From positions 372,001-436,000 of the forward strand of contig CDLV01000013.1 in NCBI GenBank assembly GCA_001244265.2: 64,000 bases of DNA, given 5' to 3'. Each line of letters opens with the position of its first letter. Position 1 is the stretch's first letter. A program made the position numbers and the translations under genes. This document shows, piece after piece, positions 39,588 to 53,223 of the stretch. The stretch comes from Microbotryum violaceum (Eukaryota). The notes under the pieces are model-generated. The model made no database searches. It was given only the letters and a program-made list of their open reading frames with translations, and had not been told where the DNA came from.

Positions 39588-42500
39588 ATGTCTGCGCCGA
39601 CGACGCCGACCACGACGCCGAGGGCCATCGCACCGGCCATGGGGCGCCATCCGTCCCGCACACCGTCGATCGACGCAGACGGCGACTCGCTCATCTCCTT
39701 GGCCACGACGACGACGAGCCGTGACCTCGACGAGCACGAGGGAGCGCTCGATGCGGCCGGGGCCGATCAGGCGGGCTCGAGCTTGTTCGCTCAACCGATC
39801 GGACCCATCTGCGCTTACGGGCCCCGACTGGCCTACACCTACTTCAACTCGCCTGTTCCCAGGGCCGAGGCGCTCAACGCCGTGCAGGATGACGTGCACT
39901 TCTTCACCGTCGATGACCAGCTGCTCTACCTCAGCTTCTTCCAGGACTCGGGGCCGCTGAATGCCGCCTGTCTCTAGTTCGTTCCTGCTCCCGCTTGGCC
40001 TCTGGAGCTTATGCCCAACCGCATGCATACATCCTTCCTCCTCAGGTCCCGAGCTGACCTTGCTCGGCCTCTGCATCCCCAGTCGGTTCTGTTTGCATGT
40101 TCATACCCTACTAGAGGTCAGCCTTCGCTTCTTGCATCCTACCACTCTTCCCCTGTCGTCGACTCTTTGCTCGCGGTCATCGTTCAACAAGACCGATCAC
40201 GCGTGTCCACGCATACAGCCAACCCGTTTGCGCCCCTCTTTCGCCCTGCCCATGATCCCTTCTCCAATTTACCCCTTTCGATCCCTTCACTGAACATCAA
40301 CGCCTCTTCTTTGGCACAGAATGAGGAATACGCCAACAAGCGCATCTTTCTGTATTCGTCCGAGGAGCCGGACAAGAAGGCCAACGCCGCATTGCTCATT
40401 GCCCTCTATGCCGTAAGGACGCACTTTTTGTCACATGTGGTCCCACAACAATGCGTATTTGCGCCTTCCCACGACAACGCCATCACCGCCCGCGTAGACC
40501 GGGAGGAGAAGATCGACTAACCCCCCCCCCCCCCCCCCCCCCCGGGGTGGACATCGATTCAGCCGATGCGAGCCGTTGGCGTGTGCTCCGGGCTGGTGAT
40601 GAACAAAGGGCCACGATGGAGGAACAGAATGGATGTACCGCCTCCGGGATGGATCAGTCTCATAGTTGTCCTAGAGAAGGAAGGCTTCTGGGGCTGACCG
40701 GTCTCCGAAGCAAGCACGTGATCTTCTCCGGCCCATCGCGCCAAGGCTCAAAATCGACCCCATTGCAAGCGTGGGTGTTACCTGTACTAAACCGTTGTTC
40801 TCCCTTTCACAGATGATTGTTATGCGGTGGCATCCTGCCGACGTTCTTCACCCTATAGCCTGCCTTGAACTAGTGAGTGAGCGTCCTGCGCGCGCCGGGT
40901 CTCGACCTCGTCCTGATCGACCTGCTCCCTCCTGCCCACCTCACAGCAACCCTTCCGCGATGCCGGCTACGCGCGCGCCGACTTTCACCTCTCGGTCCAA
41001 TCCGTCATCTACGGCGTATACCGCGCCATTTCCCTCCGTCTCCTCGACCTGTCCACCTTTGACCTCGTCGCGTACGAGACGTACGAAAAAGTCGAGAATG
41101 GCGATTGGAATTGGATCACACCTGGCTTCGTGGCGTTCGCGAGTCCGGTCGAACCTAGTTATGTCGCGGCTTTGTCGGGGGCTGGGGCAGGGCAGAGGAA
41201 GATGGAAGGAGCGAGACCGAGGTTGAGTAAGGCGTTCGGGAACGTGTTGAACGAGTTCAATAGAGGGGGCGTCAAGGTCGTCGTTAGGTCAGTCGGAACA
41301 GTCGATATGCGTCGGGTGGGTCGAAGGGCCACTGCTCATTCGTTCGTCTTGGTTGTTGCAGGTTGAATAAGAAACTCTATGACGCAAGCCACTTTACGTC
41401 AAGAGGGATGCAACATGTCGAGAGTGGGTCACAGTGTAGTTCAATCGTCGTTTTACTCGGCTCATTGGATGTCTTCCTCGTTGTCCCATAGTGTACTTTG
41501 ACGACGGTACGAATCCGACGATGGAGATGACAAGAGAATTCATCGATCTCTCGGACAAGACGATCTCGTCTGGTGGGGCTGTTGCTGTGCATTGCAAAGC
41601 TGGACTTGGAAGGACAGGCACCTTGATTGGTGCTTACTTGATTTACAAACACGGCTTCACGGCTTCTGAAGGTGAGACAAGGGACGTAATCCTGCAAACG
41701 GAGTCAGACGACCGGTGCTAAAAGACTTCCACTCTGTTCACAGCGATCGGATTCATGCGCTTGATGCGGCCCGGGTCCTGCGTCGGGCCGCAACAACACT
41801 TCCTCTACGAGAACCAAATGACCTGGGTTCGATGGGCCGCCGTCGACGCTTACAAACTGACGGTCCAGCCTTCTCCACCGGTGGCCGCCGTTCGAGCCTC
41901 AACTTCATCCACTACCACACCTTCGAACGTGCCCGTTGCTTCCACTTCGGCCGTCCCCATCGGCGTGGACGTGCCCATCACTCCATCCTCGCAACGGATA
42001 CGTCGAGTCGTTACTCCAACCCATGATCCCGACGCCACGCATGCCCACCGACCAACGACCCCCGTCGCGTCGACCGTCGTCCCTCCTCGAACACCGGGGA
42101 GGAACGCTCCCGTGCCTGGACAACCGAGAAAGACGCCAGGGAAAAGCAAACATTCCGTCGCTACGCCCGAGACGCAGCAGACCGTCGTGGAAGACGAGAT
42201 GGATCTGGTGCCCAAGACGGCCAAGATGTTGGTTGATGGGCAAGCGGAAGAGGATGAAGGGGAGGAGGAGGAAGATCAACCTGATGCGATGAAGACGATC
42301 CCTCCCCTTGAACTGGTACCCAAGGCGATGAAGGAGGGAGCGACGAATCCGGCGGCTACTTCGAAGAGATCGGCTACGCCAGGGCCGTCTCGACCTACGC
42401 GGCTCGCTCGACCGAGACAAACACGACCTCTTTCGACGATTGCGGACAATCGAGTCGTCGATCGATTGGGGTTGACGACTGGAACTGCTGGAGGGAATTC

Positions 42501-43077
42501 CACCACTTCAGATCGAAGAGGACGAGGTGGTCTTGCCGCGAATACGATAACGGCGAGAGCAACGGCGGAAGAAGCCAAGCGCTCGAGAGCCGTTCGGGAT
42601 CTCGGGACCCTTTTTGAACAACCGCCGGCGGGGTCGTCGTCGAGGGAAGGGACGTCGAGTGGACCCGCTTCTACAACGTCGAGTTCGACTCGGTACCGGA
42701 CACGAGGAGGGACGAGGGCAACGACGCCCGGTGCGGGGGACAATCGGATCCCTTCGATTGTGGAACCGCCGGCGAGTCCGACCAAATTGCCTCAACGCGT
42801 TCCGGCGAAACGAAGAGGGCAGGCCAAGGAGAAGGCCACGACGATGTCAACAACGGTGGCGGCAGAACCGGCTACTCGAAGAGAACGAAGTGTCACTGCG
42901 AGTGGGGTTGTGAAGATGAACGTCGATGGTCATGCTCTGGGCGGTGGTGCGGATGATGGGTCGGGTACGACTTCGGTCGAGCAACGCAACGCGTTGGCAG
43001 CGAGCGTTGGCCTTTCCTCGAGGAGCGTGAGGAGGAGAAGGAGTAGTCTTGGGGATACGGACTTCGTGCATACTTGA
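39588..43077 (+). CDS. CDC14: Cdc14 dual-specificity phosphatase; multi-exon
   Basis: FTVDDQLLYLSFFQDSGPLN, YEKVENGDWNWITP, catalytic VHCKAGLGRTG, RPGSCVGPQQHFL, disordered tail with PGQPRK. Confidence 0.95.
40521..40543. repeat. C23 homopolymer in a CDC14 intron
   Basis: 23 consecutive C. Confidence 0.9.
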
Positions 43078-43531
43078 TTATGTAGAGGATTTATTTGGAT
43101 GCATCTTGGTATTATGGACTTTGTTGCTGCTGTGTTGTGCGAGGGGTCCGGTGCACTTTGATGGGGTATGTCTTGTTCTGGGGAAACCCTTTTTGGTCTG
43201 GCCAAGGGGGTCTATGTGCAGCTGTGGTGGGTGAACGTGCTCCTTTGTGCTCAATGCGACCCGACTTATTTTGTGATGTTGGTGGATCTGCAATTGTGGA
43301 CACCCAGTCAGTCCGAGTCCGAGTCCGAGTCCGAGTTCACCCTCGAGGCGAGGAGGATCTTATCCGATGAAGTGGCGGTCGATGCTCGCAAGCGACGCGT
43401 GTGAATTTGTCATGACGAATGGCCGTCGACTCGCCCTGCCGCGATGGCCTCCACTCTCCTCCACCCCCCCACCCCTCCCCCCCCACACACACACCCACAA
43501 CCCTACACCACACCACACTCACAAACACACC

Positions 43532-44676
43532 ATGTTCTCCACTATCCGCTCAGCAGGCCGTATCGGCGCCACCTCGAGGTCTGCCATTGTGCGCCCGAGT
43601 GTGGTCGCCAGCCGTGTGCCGCTCGTCGCTTCGAGGGCCTACCACGAGAAGGTCCGGTTCGAGTGGTGCGCGTCGTAGGAGCGCAAGACTTGGGTTCACT
43701 GACTCTGGGTCGTATGCGTGCAGGTGATTGATCACTATGAACGACCACGCAACGTAAGTGCTTTTCGGCGTGTGTTCGCAGGTGGCGTAGACTATCGCAG
43801 TCCTGGCCCGCCATTGGCCCAGTGAGCCAAAGATACGATCGATGTTTTTCGACGCTGTGGTGCGCCGCAAGTGGCAAAGGCGCACCACAGCACCCCCGAC
43901 CACGGTGGATCGCCCAAATTGGGACAGGATGACGACTACGACCTCAGCAATCTATCCCCCCGTTCTGCAACCCACGTAGGAGTAGGACCAGCTGAGCTGA
44001 CCGCGCCTCCGACCGGCCTCTGTCCGCGGTTGTCCCTCCTTACGTCGCCCATCGCACACTACCACACTACCCCACACACAGGTCGGTTCTCTCGACAAGA
44101 AGGACAACAACGTTGGGTCCGGTCTCGTCGGTGCACCCGCATGCGGTGATGGTCAGTCACCCGCCGACAGAACCCAGAGCTCGGTCACTCCGGACGGACG
44201 AGCCACCAATATGCTGACGTCGTCGGGCATCCTCTCTCTCTTTCTCCGTCTTAAACAGTCATGAAGTTGCAGATCAAGGTCGATGAGAACGGTATCATCT
44301 CGGACGTCCGATTCAAGACCTTTGGCTGCGGATCAGCGATCGCCTCGTCTTCCTACATGGTTCGTCCTCGGCCGTCGTGGCAGACTCTTCCCCCACCCAT
44401 GGACTGACTCGACCTTGTTCCACCCTGGACTTGTCTCAGACCGAACGAGTCAAGGGTATGACCCTCGACCAAGCCGGCGCGATCAAAAACACCGAGATCG
44501 CCAAGGAACTGTGCCTCCCGCCCGTCAAGTTGCATTGCTCCATGTTGGCCGAGGACGCCATCAAGGCCGCCATCGCCGACTTCCGTCAAAAGAAGGAACA
44601 GGCCGCCGCGAAAAAGATTGATGTGTCTAGTTTGAGAGCCAAGGACGCCGGCGCTCAAGCTAGTACGACTACTTGA
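43532..44676 (+). CDS. ISU1: Mitochondrial Fe-S cluster scaffold IscU/Isu1; 5 exons
   Basis: YHEKVIDHYERPRNVG, GAPACGDVM, KTFGCGSAIASSS, LPPVKLHCSMLAEDAI. Confidence 0.97.
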
Positions 44677-44963
44677 GGGGGGGGGGAGGGGGTTCAAGAT
44701 TTAGGGATGAGGGTTGGAGGATTTGAACAGGGAAAGGGATGTTGTGTACGATCAAGAAGGGTTGCATTAACACGGGTTGGCGGCGATGATGTACATATTC
44801 TTTGACATGTTTTCTTTTGTGACGCCTCATGTGTGCAAATCGAATATCAGATGACCGTGCGCTGGTTGCGGAGGCGAGTTTTCAATGCGAAGGGACTGCG
44901 AGTTGTATTACATGACTAGACAGTACAGGGTGCCGATGCAGAGAGCTTTTGAGGACGAAGCGT

Positions 44964-45673
44964 CTAGTCGTAAACTGTGAAGATGAGATGAAAGGCGATG
45001 AGTGCTGTTCTTCGCATCTCGGGGAACGGGACCAAGGAAACTGACTGTGAACGAGAGCGTAAAACACTGCTCCGACGAAAGTACGACCCCACCCCAGAAC
45101 CCGAAGCATCAGTTCCTACCGACCCATTTTCAACAAGCCGACAACGCTTTCCACTCACGCGTCCAAAATAGGATATAAGGGAACACATGCTCCAGCAAGC
45201 CGCTTAGCACGACCGTCCTCCAAGCCGACACACGATCGCCGGGGAAATAACCCTTTCCTTCTGCGGTGCCTTTCGTGAGGAGGAAAAGGGAGCCAATGAG
45301 GGTAGAGGTAACGAGGTAAAAGAGGAATCCAAAGGTGTTGGTTAAGCCTAGGACGCCGGCTGTGGCACCTGAGATGGAGGCTGAGGCTGAGCAGACACGG
45401 ACGAAGGGACACGGAGGGAACGATACGGAGGGAGGGATACGGAGGGAGTGATTAGCTGGTGTGCGCTTGGCCAGTCGTTCCATTCCGGCTGTAGTCTCAG
45501 GTGCTCACTCGACTTGACATAATAGAGCGAGTTGTTGTTGGAGATGAGGTTGGGGACGTAGTACGCTTCGTCGACCGAGGTCGGCGTCGTGCTCAGCGCG
45601 GCCACTGGGGGGAGGGTGGGTGTTTGTGGTCAGTGGATGGCATACAGAGTTTGTTCAAGCTACGGTATTCACT
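44964..45673 (-). CDS. EMC6: ER membrane complex subunit EMC6 (Rab5-interacting family); ATG apparently split by intron 1
   Basis: NLISNNNSLYYVK, SGATAGVLGLTN..GFLFY, YILFWTLFYALVHIYD stop. Confidence 0.85.
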
Positions 45674-45880
45674 CTGTGGCTAGTACGAGCCGGCCTGGTG
45701 ATGATCAAACGCGAGAAAGGAGGCGAAGGCTCAACCCGAGAGGCGAGAGTTCGAAAGTGGGGGATCATTTGAGCTCGGACCCACAGGAAAATCTCCTCTT
45801 GAACAACACGGCTCGCTAAACATACGACACGCGCTCTCACTGCAGATGAACAGATCCTGCCTCACCAGTAGTTGGCTTAC

Positions 45881-47978
45881 TTAAACAAATGAAATCTCTA
45901 CATCCGAACCCTGCGCCGAAGTTTCCCCACTCCCACTCCCAGCACTGATCTGACCAGCTGCCTCCCTCTCATGAATCTTCATATGCCTCGCGAGCTGATC
46001 GCTCCTCAAAAAAGTCTTATCGCACTCAGGGCACTGGTGCGATCTCTCACCACGATGGGTTCGAGCATGTTTGGCGAGATTGGAGGATTCGGCAAAGGCG
46101 GCTTTGCAGCCAGGGAAATCGCACACGAAGGGGCGATCACCGGTGTGGGTTCGCATGTGGATAGTCAAGGCCGACGCGGAGGCAAAGGCTTTGTCGCAGC
46201 GTTCCCACGTGCATTCGTAAGGTCGCTCACCTGAATCACGCAATGAGAAAGTAAGGTAAGGTCCAAAACAAGATACAGAGGGACAGAGATCTGAACGCAC
46301 CTGTATGAGTCCTTTTGTGCTGCGCCAACGAAAGCGCCTCCGAAAACTTGCGATCGCACAGATCGCACGCGAACGGCTTGTCCTGCGCGTGCGTCTGCAA
46401 ATGACGTATCACTTTCTGTCGTTGCGAGAATTGACGACCTCCTTCTTGATTGCTGCGTGAGCAACCTTCCCATTCGCACGAATAGGACGACTTGCCCGAG
46501 CCGACGTGCACGAGCGAGAGGTGCGACATGAGTTCAGCCGAGCTAGGGAAAGTCGCGGAGCAACCCTTCCATCGACAGGCGTGAGGACCCGGGGCCGAAA
46601 CACTTTCCTCCTTGACGGCTGATTCATGCGCGAGAGTCAAGTTCGAGGCGAAATGATTGTATGGGTGCGACGAGTGGGTAGCGTGACGATGTGCCCGAAC
46701 CTCGGGCCGCAAGACGGAGGAAGGGGGGGCCGTCGGCGCCGAGAGTGTCGCGATGGACGGCGGGGCGAGGTGCAAGGTATTGACATGGACAACCAGCAGC
46801 GCGTACGAGTCAAACGATGCCTTGCATTCGCGCCAACCACAATCGTAGCGGGTCGCAGGGCCAGGCTGATGGGGATGCTCGTGCTCGTGCTGTTGGTGGT
46901 TGTGCTCGTGCGACGGGTGATCTTGATTGGCTGCGCTACTCAGTTCGAGGAGGGCGCGTGAAGGCTCGACGTTTGCGTGTCTGTGCGAGTCATGATGGGA
47001 TACATCCCAAGCTGCCGGGTTCTGTTCAATTTCGGGCGCGCAACAGCAGCAATGCAGCTGTGATGGGATGTGGTGGAAAGACTGTCAGCGCTGCGCAAGA
47101 AAATTCACCGACTTTGGACCCAGGAGGAGACTGACAATCTCTTGGATCGCTTGCTCGTCGAGCCCCTTCATGAGCTCGGCAAGAAAGCTGGAATTGCTAG
47201 CATCTTGGTTCAGTTGGTGGTGCTGCTGGTTTTGTGGCTGTTGATCAAGAGGGGTGAAGCAATCGGGGCAGTCTGATGTCGGGGTGATAGAGGCGGTCGT
47301 GGAGATGCCGAAGCAGTCATCGAAACTGCAGCACGAGTAGCTAGCCAGATTCGAGGTCGGGGTTGGTGGTGGTGGTGCAAGCAGCGAAGAACAGCAGTCG
47401 AGGTGATGAGCTGACAAGAAGGATTTGATGAGGAGCGAGTTGGCCGATGATGATGCCGCGGTGGGATCGGCCTGGCATTGATCGCACTTGTCGAACAAAA
47501 GTGACGACGAAGATGCCGAGGTCGACGACCATGGCGTACCAGGACCTTCGAGGCAGGTTGCGTCACATTCGGACGAGCTTGTAGCAGCTGATACGCTCGA
47601 GGATGCAGACGAGGTCAGAGGAAATCCCAGCAAGCGTCGATTTTGTTGAGGCAGCGACGGCGGAGGGAAACACGCCGGCTGTTCACAGCAGACCACGCCG
47701 ACGCCCAGTTGCGAAGGGTGGGTAAGATGACCGGCGCTGCTGGTGCTGTTGGCTGAGATCGGAGCGGGGTAGCCATGCGGGAGCGGGTGCGCATTGTGGT
47801 GTTGCGAGTCGTGGCCCAAACAGCCGAGAGGCAGTATCGAGTGGATGAGCCCTTCACAGCTGGTGCAGTCGATGAGGCCAATACGAGAAGTGGTTGCAAT
47901 CGCACCGGCACCACCGGCACCACCGGCCGCGCCCTGAGCCGCGCCTGCGTGGGGGTTGTGGTCGTGATGGTGGCCCAT
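45881..47978 (-). CDS. C2H2 zinc-finger transcription factor, Zap1/ZafA-like (zinc-responsive); multi-exon
   Basis: Cys/His-rich N-terminus; tandem CRWKGC..HVGSGKSSYSCEWEGC..RQKVIRHLQTH fingers followed by HTGERP/HTGDRP-linked fingers; start codon uncertain. Confidence 0.8.
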
Positions 47979-48370
47979 CCCGCCGCGTACGATCCCGAAC
48001 AGAAACGGATCGGAACCTGCTCTAATGATACTGGCACACGGACAAGTCAGCTCGATAGCTAGGATACAGCCAGATGGCACGACGCACCTGGACGACGACA
48101 ATTTTCAATCTAAGGGATGCGATGTCGGTGGGCTGAGCGAAGGAGAGTCTGGCCAGGGGCAGCGGCGAGAGGACCGCGCAGGTTACTAATCCGATGAGCG
48201 ATGCCCCCAAATCACGGCATCGGCGACTGCAGTGGGACGATTTGTATCGCACTGCGTGCATACACGTCACCGGCGAGGATATGAAAGAGTAAGAACAACA
48301 ATTGCACATGGTCCTAGCTCCGCAATTGGACACAAGACTATTTCTATACTACAAGCATCGGTTGTCCTGC

Positions 48371-51300
48371 CTACACCTTGCTCGCCCTGCGTTTGGCCTT
48401 GGAAGCGCCCGCCTCGCCCGTCGACTTTCGTCCCCCTTTACCCTTGGTTTTGGTCGGGTTGACGCTATCCGCCCCCGATTCACCCGGCGTCGCCACCATC
48501 GATGTCATTCCATCCTCATCGTCAGCGACGACGGCCTTGTTGGCCGCAAAGAACCCAAACGCATCCTCCTCGTCGTCCTCGGCGTCCCACCTTGAAGGCT
48601 TGTTCGCTGCCGCCAACGCAGCGGCCTTCTTCTGTCGCTTCGCCTCTTCCCTCATCCTCACACCTCGGTGTCCATCCTCCTTAGCCTTCTCTTCCGCCTT
48701 CTTGCGCTTGATCTCGGCATTCCGGATCGACTCCTCCAGCTCCTGGTCGTCCAGCAGCAACGAAACGACCTCATTGGTCTTGGCACCGGAGTCGGTCGGA
48801 CCCAGGCCCGATGATGATTGCACGACCGCATCTTGGACAAGCTTCTTGTTGCGAGCAAGTTGTACGATACGTTCGTCGACAGTATCCTTGGTGATGAGGC
48901 GGTAGACTGTCACCTGCTTGGTCTGACCCAATCGATGAGCTCGATCCATGGCTTGAGCGTCGTTCTGTTGGGGCAAGTGGGGGCAGACGTCAGCTTGGTT
49001 ACAGAGCCAAGACACTGGATCAGAGATGAGCGCACCGAGGGATTCCAGTCAGAGTCGTAAAAGATGACCGTGTCCGCAGCCGTCAAGTTGATCCCGAGAC
49101 CACCGGCGCGAGTCGACAGCAAAAAGATGAAGAGCTCGGGTTTGGTCTGCCAGTCCATGACCATGTCACGACGCTCCGAGATGGTCGAGCTACCATCGAG
49201 GCGCAGGTACTTGTACTGCCGGAAGGCGAGGTACTCCTCCATCAGGTCGATCATGCGCGTCATTTGGAAATAAAGTAGCACGCGATGATCGCCCGTCTTG
49301 AGCTCGGCCAGTAACGAGTCGAGCTTGGCGAGCTTGCCGGAGTCGAGGATCAGCTTGTGCAGTTGTGGCACCTGCATAGGCGGGAAGGGCAATTGTGCCG
49401 GCGAAGAAGCCCCGAGCACACCCTGCGCAGGAAGGCCGGGTAGTGCCGACTCGAACGACTGAATGTCCGTCCTCGTGTTCTGTGATGAGCCGGGAAGACC
49501 ATAGATCGCGGCTGAGAAGAGAGGATCGAAGCGTTGGCGCTCTTGATCGTAAGCGAACGAGCGGTCACTGCACACGGCGTCGATCGAAGGCGCCACGACT
49601 TTGTCCATGTAGAAGCGTGCGTCAGGTTTGGCGAGCCTCGAGTGGACTCGGTGTTCTTGTTCGACCTCGGCTAAAGGGACCAGACCGCCTTCGCGCCACG
49701 AAATATTGCTCAACAGCGACGTCGTCTTGTTCGGAATCACGAGCGAGAACGGTGCGGGCGCTTCCCCCTCAAGACTTATAGCATCATAGTCGCCTCGGAC
49801 ACTCTTCGTCGCTTCGTTTTCGAGCGCGAGACCGATTCGAATGACATCATGGGCCAGCGCGACCTTGCTAAGCTCAGATGGGCTGAAACCAAGGCTTTGG
49901 GCGAACGCGAAGGTCGACTCGCCCTGTCGAAGCGAGTGCTGAATGTAATCGGGTGACCAGATGTTGAGCAGACGGTCGAGGTGGAGCGAGTCGGAGCCGG
50001 CACGGGAGTTTTGACCGGGAACGTTCAAGAGTCCGCCATCGCGGTACAGCAGCTTGGGAATCGCGTACTCGATGACGCTTCGAGTTGCATAAGCGACTTC
50101 GAGCATCTCTGGGTCACGCACCAGGTTCGACGTGACGGGGAAATTGGCGAAAGCAAAGGGAGCCGTGACGTCGGCGCGCTCGAACAATTCGGGATGGTTG
50201 CACACCTTACGGAACTGCATGATCAAGTTCATCAGTCGCTTGACGCTGTCATCATCGTTGAGGCTCGTCGCGCGCGAGACGAGGTCAGTGATGGATATGT
50301 GCTCGCGAAGGGTGCGGTACATCGCCTTCTGTCGAGGCGTCAGATCGCAGTAGACATCGATCTCGATTTTGTCACCCAGCTCATTCTGTACGTTCTTCTT
50401 GATACGACGCAGCATGAACGGCTTGAGGATCATGTGCAACCGTCGCAGTTGGTGCTCGTTCATCGCGCCTTTGTTCTCCGCGTTGCCTTCAATATCCTTG
50501 GAGAACCATTCGCTGAACTCGTCGTGCGAGTCGAAGAGCGACGGCATGATAAAGTGGAGCAGTGCCCACAGCTCGTGCATCGAGTTTTGAATCGGGGTGC
50601 CTGTCAACAAGAGTCTGTTGCGGCACTTGAAGCTGAGTAGTGTCTTCCAACGAGTCGAAGACGAGCTCTTGATCGCCTGCGCTTCGTCCAGCACCATGTA
50701 CTGCCACTTGACGCCTCGAAAGTACTGCTCGTCTTGCACCACGAGCTGGTAGCTGGTGACGAGGATGTGAAAAGGCGCGTCTTTGTCGTATCGGAGCGAC
50801 TTGCGGTTCCAAAACTTGCGCAGAATTGCACGATCCTTGGTGTTGCCCCAGTATGGAAGCGCTTTAAGGGCAGGGACAAAGCGCGTGATCTCTTGCTGCC
50901 AGTTGTGCAGTGTCGAGGCCGGGGCGATGACGAGGAAGGGTCCCCAGATGTCGTGGACTTCGGCGAGGTAGGCCATCAATGAAATGGATTGTACCTGTAC
51001 ACGAATCGGCACGGTCAGCAAGAACATTGTGTGTGAAGGTCGGGAGATAAGCCAGCGCTGACCGTTTTCCCGAGACCCATCTCGTCAGCCAGAATGCCGT
51101 TGATACCTTGCTCGTACAAATTCGCCAGCCAATTGAGCCCCTTTAGCTGGTACTCCTTCAGTGTGCATGTTAAGATCCTGGGCTGCGTCACGATCGCAGC
51201 GCCCGTCATCGTTGGGTTCTGGAAGTTGAGGTCATCCGAGTCGTCAAAGCTGAGCCCCTCGGCGCCATTTGCAGGTTTGGCTTGACCCGCGGCCGCATCA

Positions 51301-53223
51301 AAGGCGGATGCGGCATTCTTGGCCGCGTCGACAGCAGCTTGGGCTCCTCTCCGAGCGTGCTCGGCGACGTTCGCTTCGTCGTCGACGTCAAAATTGAGGT
51401 CCTTGAGAGCGCCGTTCGAAGCGGCTGGTTTGGCTAGCGCGGCGATCACCGACGGGTTCGACTCTGCCGGTGCAGCAATCTTGGCATCACTCGCGGTGTC
51501 CTCGGACTCCTCGGCCTCGCTCGTCTTGATTTTGTTCCCGATAAAATGAGAATATAGTTCCGTTTGTGTGATGAGAAAGTTGAGCTTGCGAGCCTGTCGT
51601 TTCGCTTCTCGCATTTCTTCCTCCTTTTTGGCCTTGTCGAGCGCCTCCTTCTCGGCTTTTTTGCGCGACTCGCGCTCGCGCTTTTCGTTGCCCTTCATGA
51701 ACAGCATCATCTCCCTTACGACACGTTTGGCCCTGACCTGCACGTCCTTGACCGTCTTGGTCCTCGTCGCCGCCCGTCGGGCCTCACGAGCAACGATCGA
51801 CCCGACGCGCTTGGCGAAGAACTGTCGGCTCTGCGATGATTGTTGTTGGATCTTGGAGACTTTGGGGATGTCGCGCTTGGCTATGTGTATCCAAAGCTTG
51901 CGCTCGAGTTCCTCCGCGGATCGGGTCTTCTTGGCCTTGACGGGTGAAGAGTTGAGGTCACGTGCGGACTCGTGGTCGACATCGTCGGATGCGTACCCGG
52001 GGGCGTTCGATCCAGCGCGAGAGGATGTCGGTGAATGCATCAGATGACTTGAGCTCTGCCGTAACATGTCGTGACTCGAAGCGCCATTGGCTCCCCGAGA
52101 TGAACCATGCGCCCCCTCGGCAAGCTCGTCGACATCTTCCTCGAGATCGCCGTCTTCGTATCCCAGGCCAGATGGGTCGTCGTTCTCGAGTCGCTTCTTC
52201 TTCCGGGCCCCCTTACCGTACTGATCTAAGTCGAACCTGTTCAACATCTCGTCCCTGTCAAACTTGAACCGTTCGCCGTAAAGCTTCTCCTCCTCTGCTC
52301 GCTGCTCCGGCGTCAAAGCCTCCCAGCGCTCAAACTCGAGTCTTCGCGCTTCCCTGTCCTTCTCGGACCGGATCTTGCGCGCCTCCTCAGCCTTGCCCTT
52401 CTTCTCCCTGTCCTCGTCACGCTTCCGCTTCGCCGCCTCTCGTTGCTTCCTGAGCCGGTCCTCTTTCTCTCGCTCCTTGATGGCGTTGCGTTCGGCCTCA
52501 AACTCGATCCTTTGCCGCTCCTGCTCGGCGAGCCTGGCGGCGGCCTGTAGCTCTTGTTCGCGTTCTAGCAACTTGGCCTCTTTCCTCGCTCGCATCTCGT
52601 CGATCCTTCGCTCGGTAAAGCTGGCGATCCTCGCCGCCGTCGCAAAGTGTCGACTCGCTTCGTTCGCTATCCAATCCTGTTCGAGCTGTTGGCGCTCGGC
52701 GTGGATCCGATCAAGGTAGGCTTGGAGGGGCTCGCGCCAGATGTGGGCCGTCGCGCGGAGCAACGTTTCCGAGTCCGAGTCCGAGTCTTCGTCGGCTTCG
52801 GGCGGAGCGACTGCTTCGGCACCGTTCCGACTCGAGTTGAGGTCGAAGGAAGTGTCGGCCACGTCCTCGATGTCGGCATAGATGTCATCGATGTAGCGCT
52901 TGGGCTGGATTGAGCGCCGAGATGACTGAGTGGAGGGATGGAATGGCGTCAAAGAGGGTTTGAACAAGCAATCAGTCAAAGGCGCCCACGAAAGATTCTT
53001 CGCCTGTGTTACGTACCCTTCTGGCCGATGAGCCTTCTTCGTCGCCATCAAGGTCATCATGGAACGAGACCGACGCTCGACTGGCTCGAGATCGCTTCCT
53101 GGTGGTCGACTCGGTTGAGGCGCTGCCTGATGCTACGGCAGCGGGTGCGTGCGCAGAGACCCCATTCATTGCAGCGCTACTCGACCCGCTTGGGTTATTG
53201 TTGAGCAATCGAGAGAGCGACAT
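48371..53223 (-). CDS. INO80: INO80 chromatin-remodelling ATPase; multi-exon
   Basis: [85 protein letters not shown]. Confidence 0.97.

Noticed and set aside
43311-43336. (GTCCGA)n and other short tandem repeats (25708-25743 cccgctgtt, ~16671 tctcaga, CAG tracts)
   Set aside because: Ordinary microsatellites with no evidence of function
43929-43996. Possible box C/D snoRNA (ATGACGA...CTGA) in the long ISU1 intron
   Set aside because: No recognisable rRNA antisense element or good terminal stem; the CTGA motifs may be splicing signals
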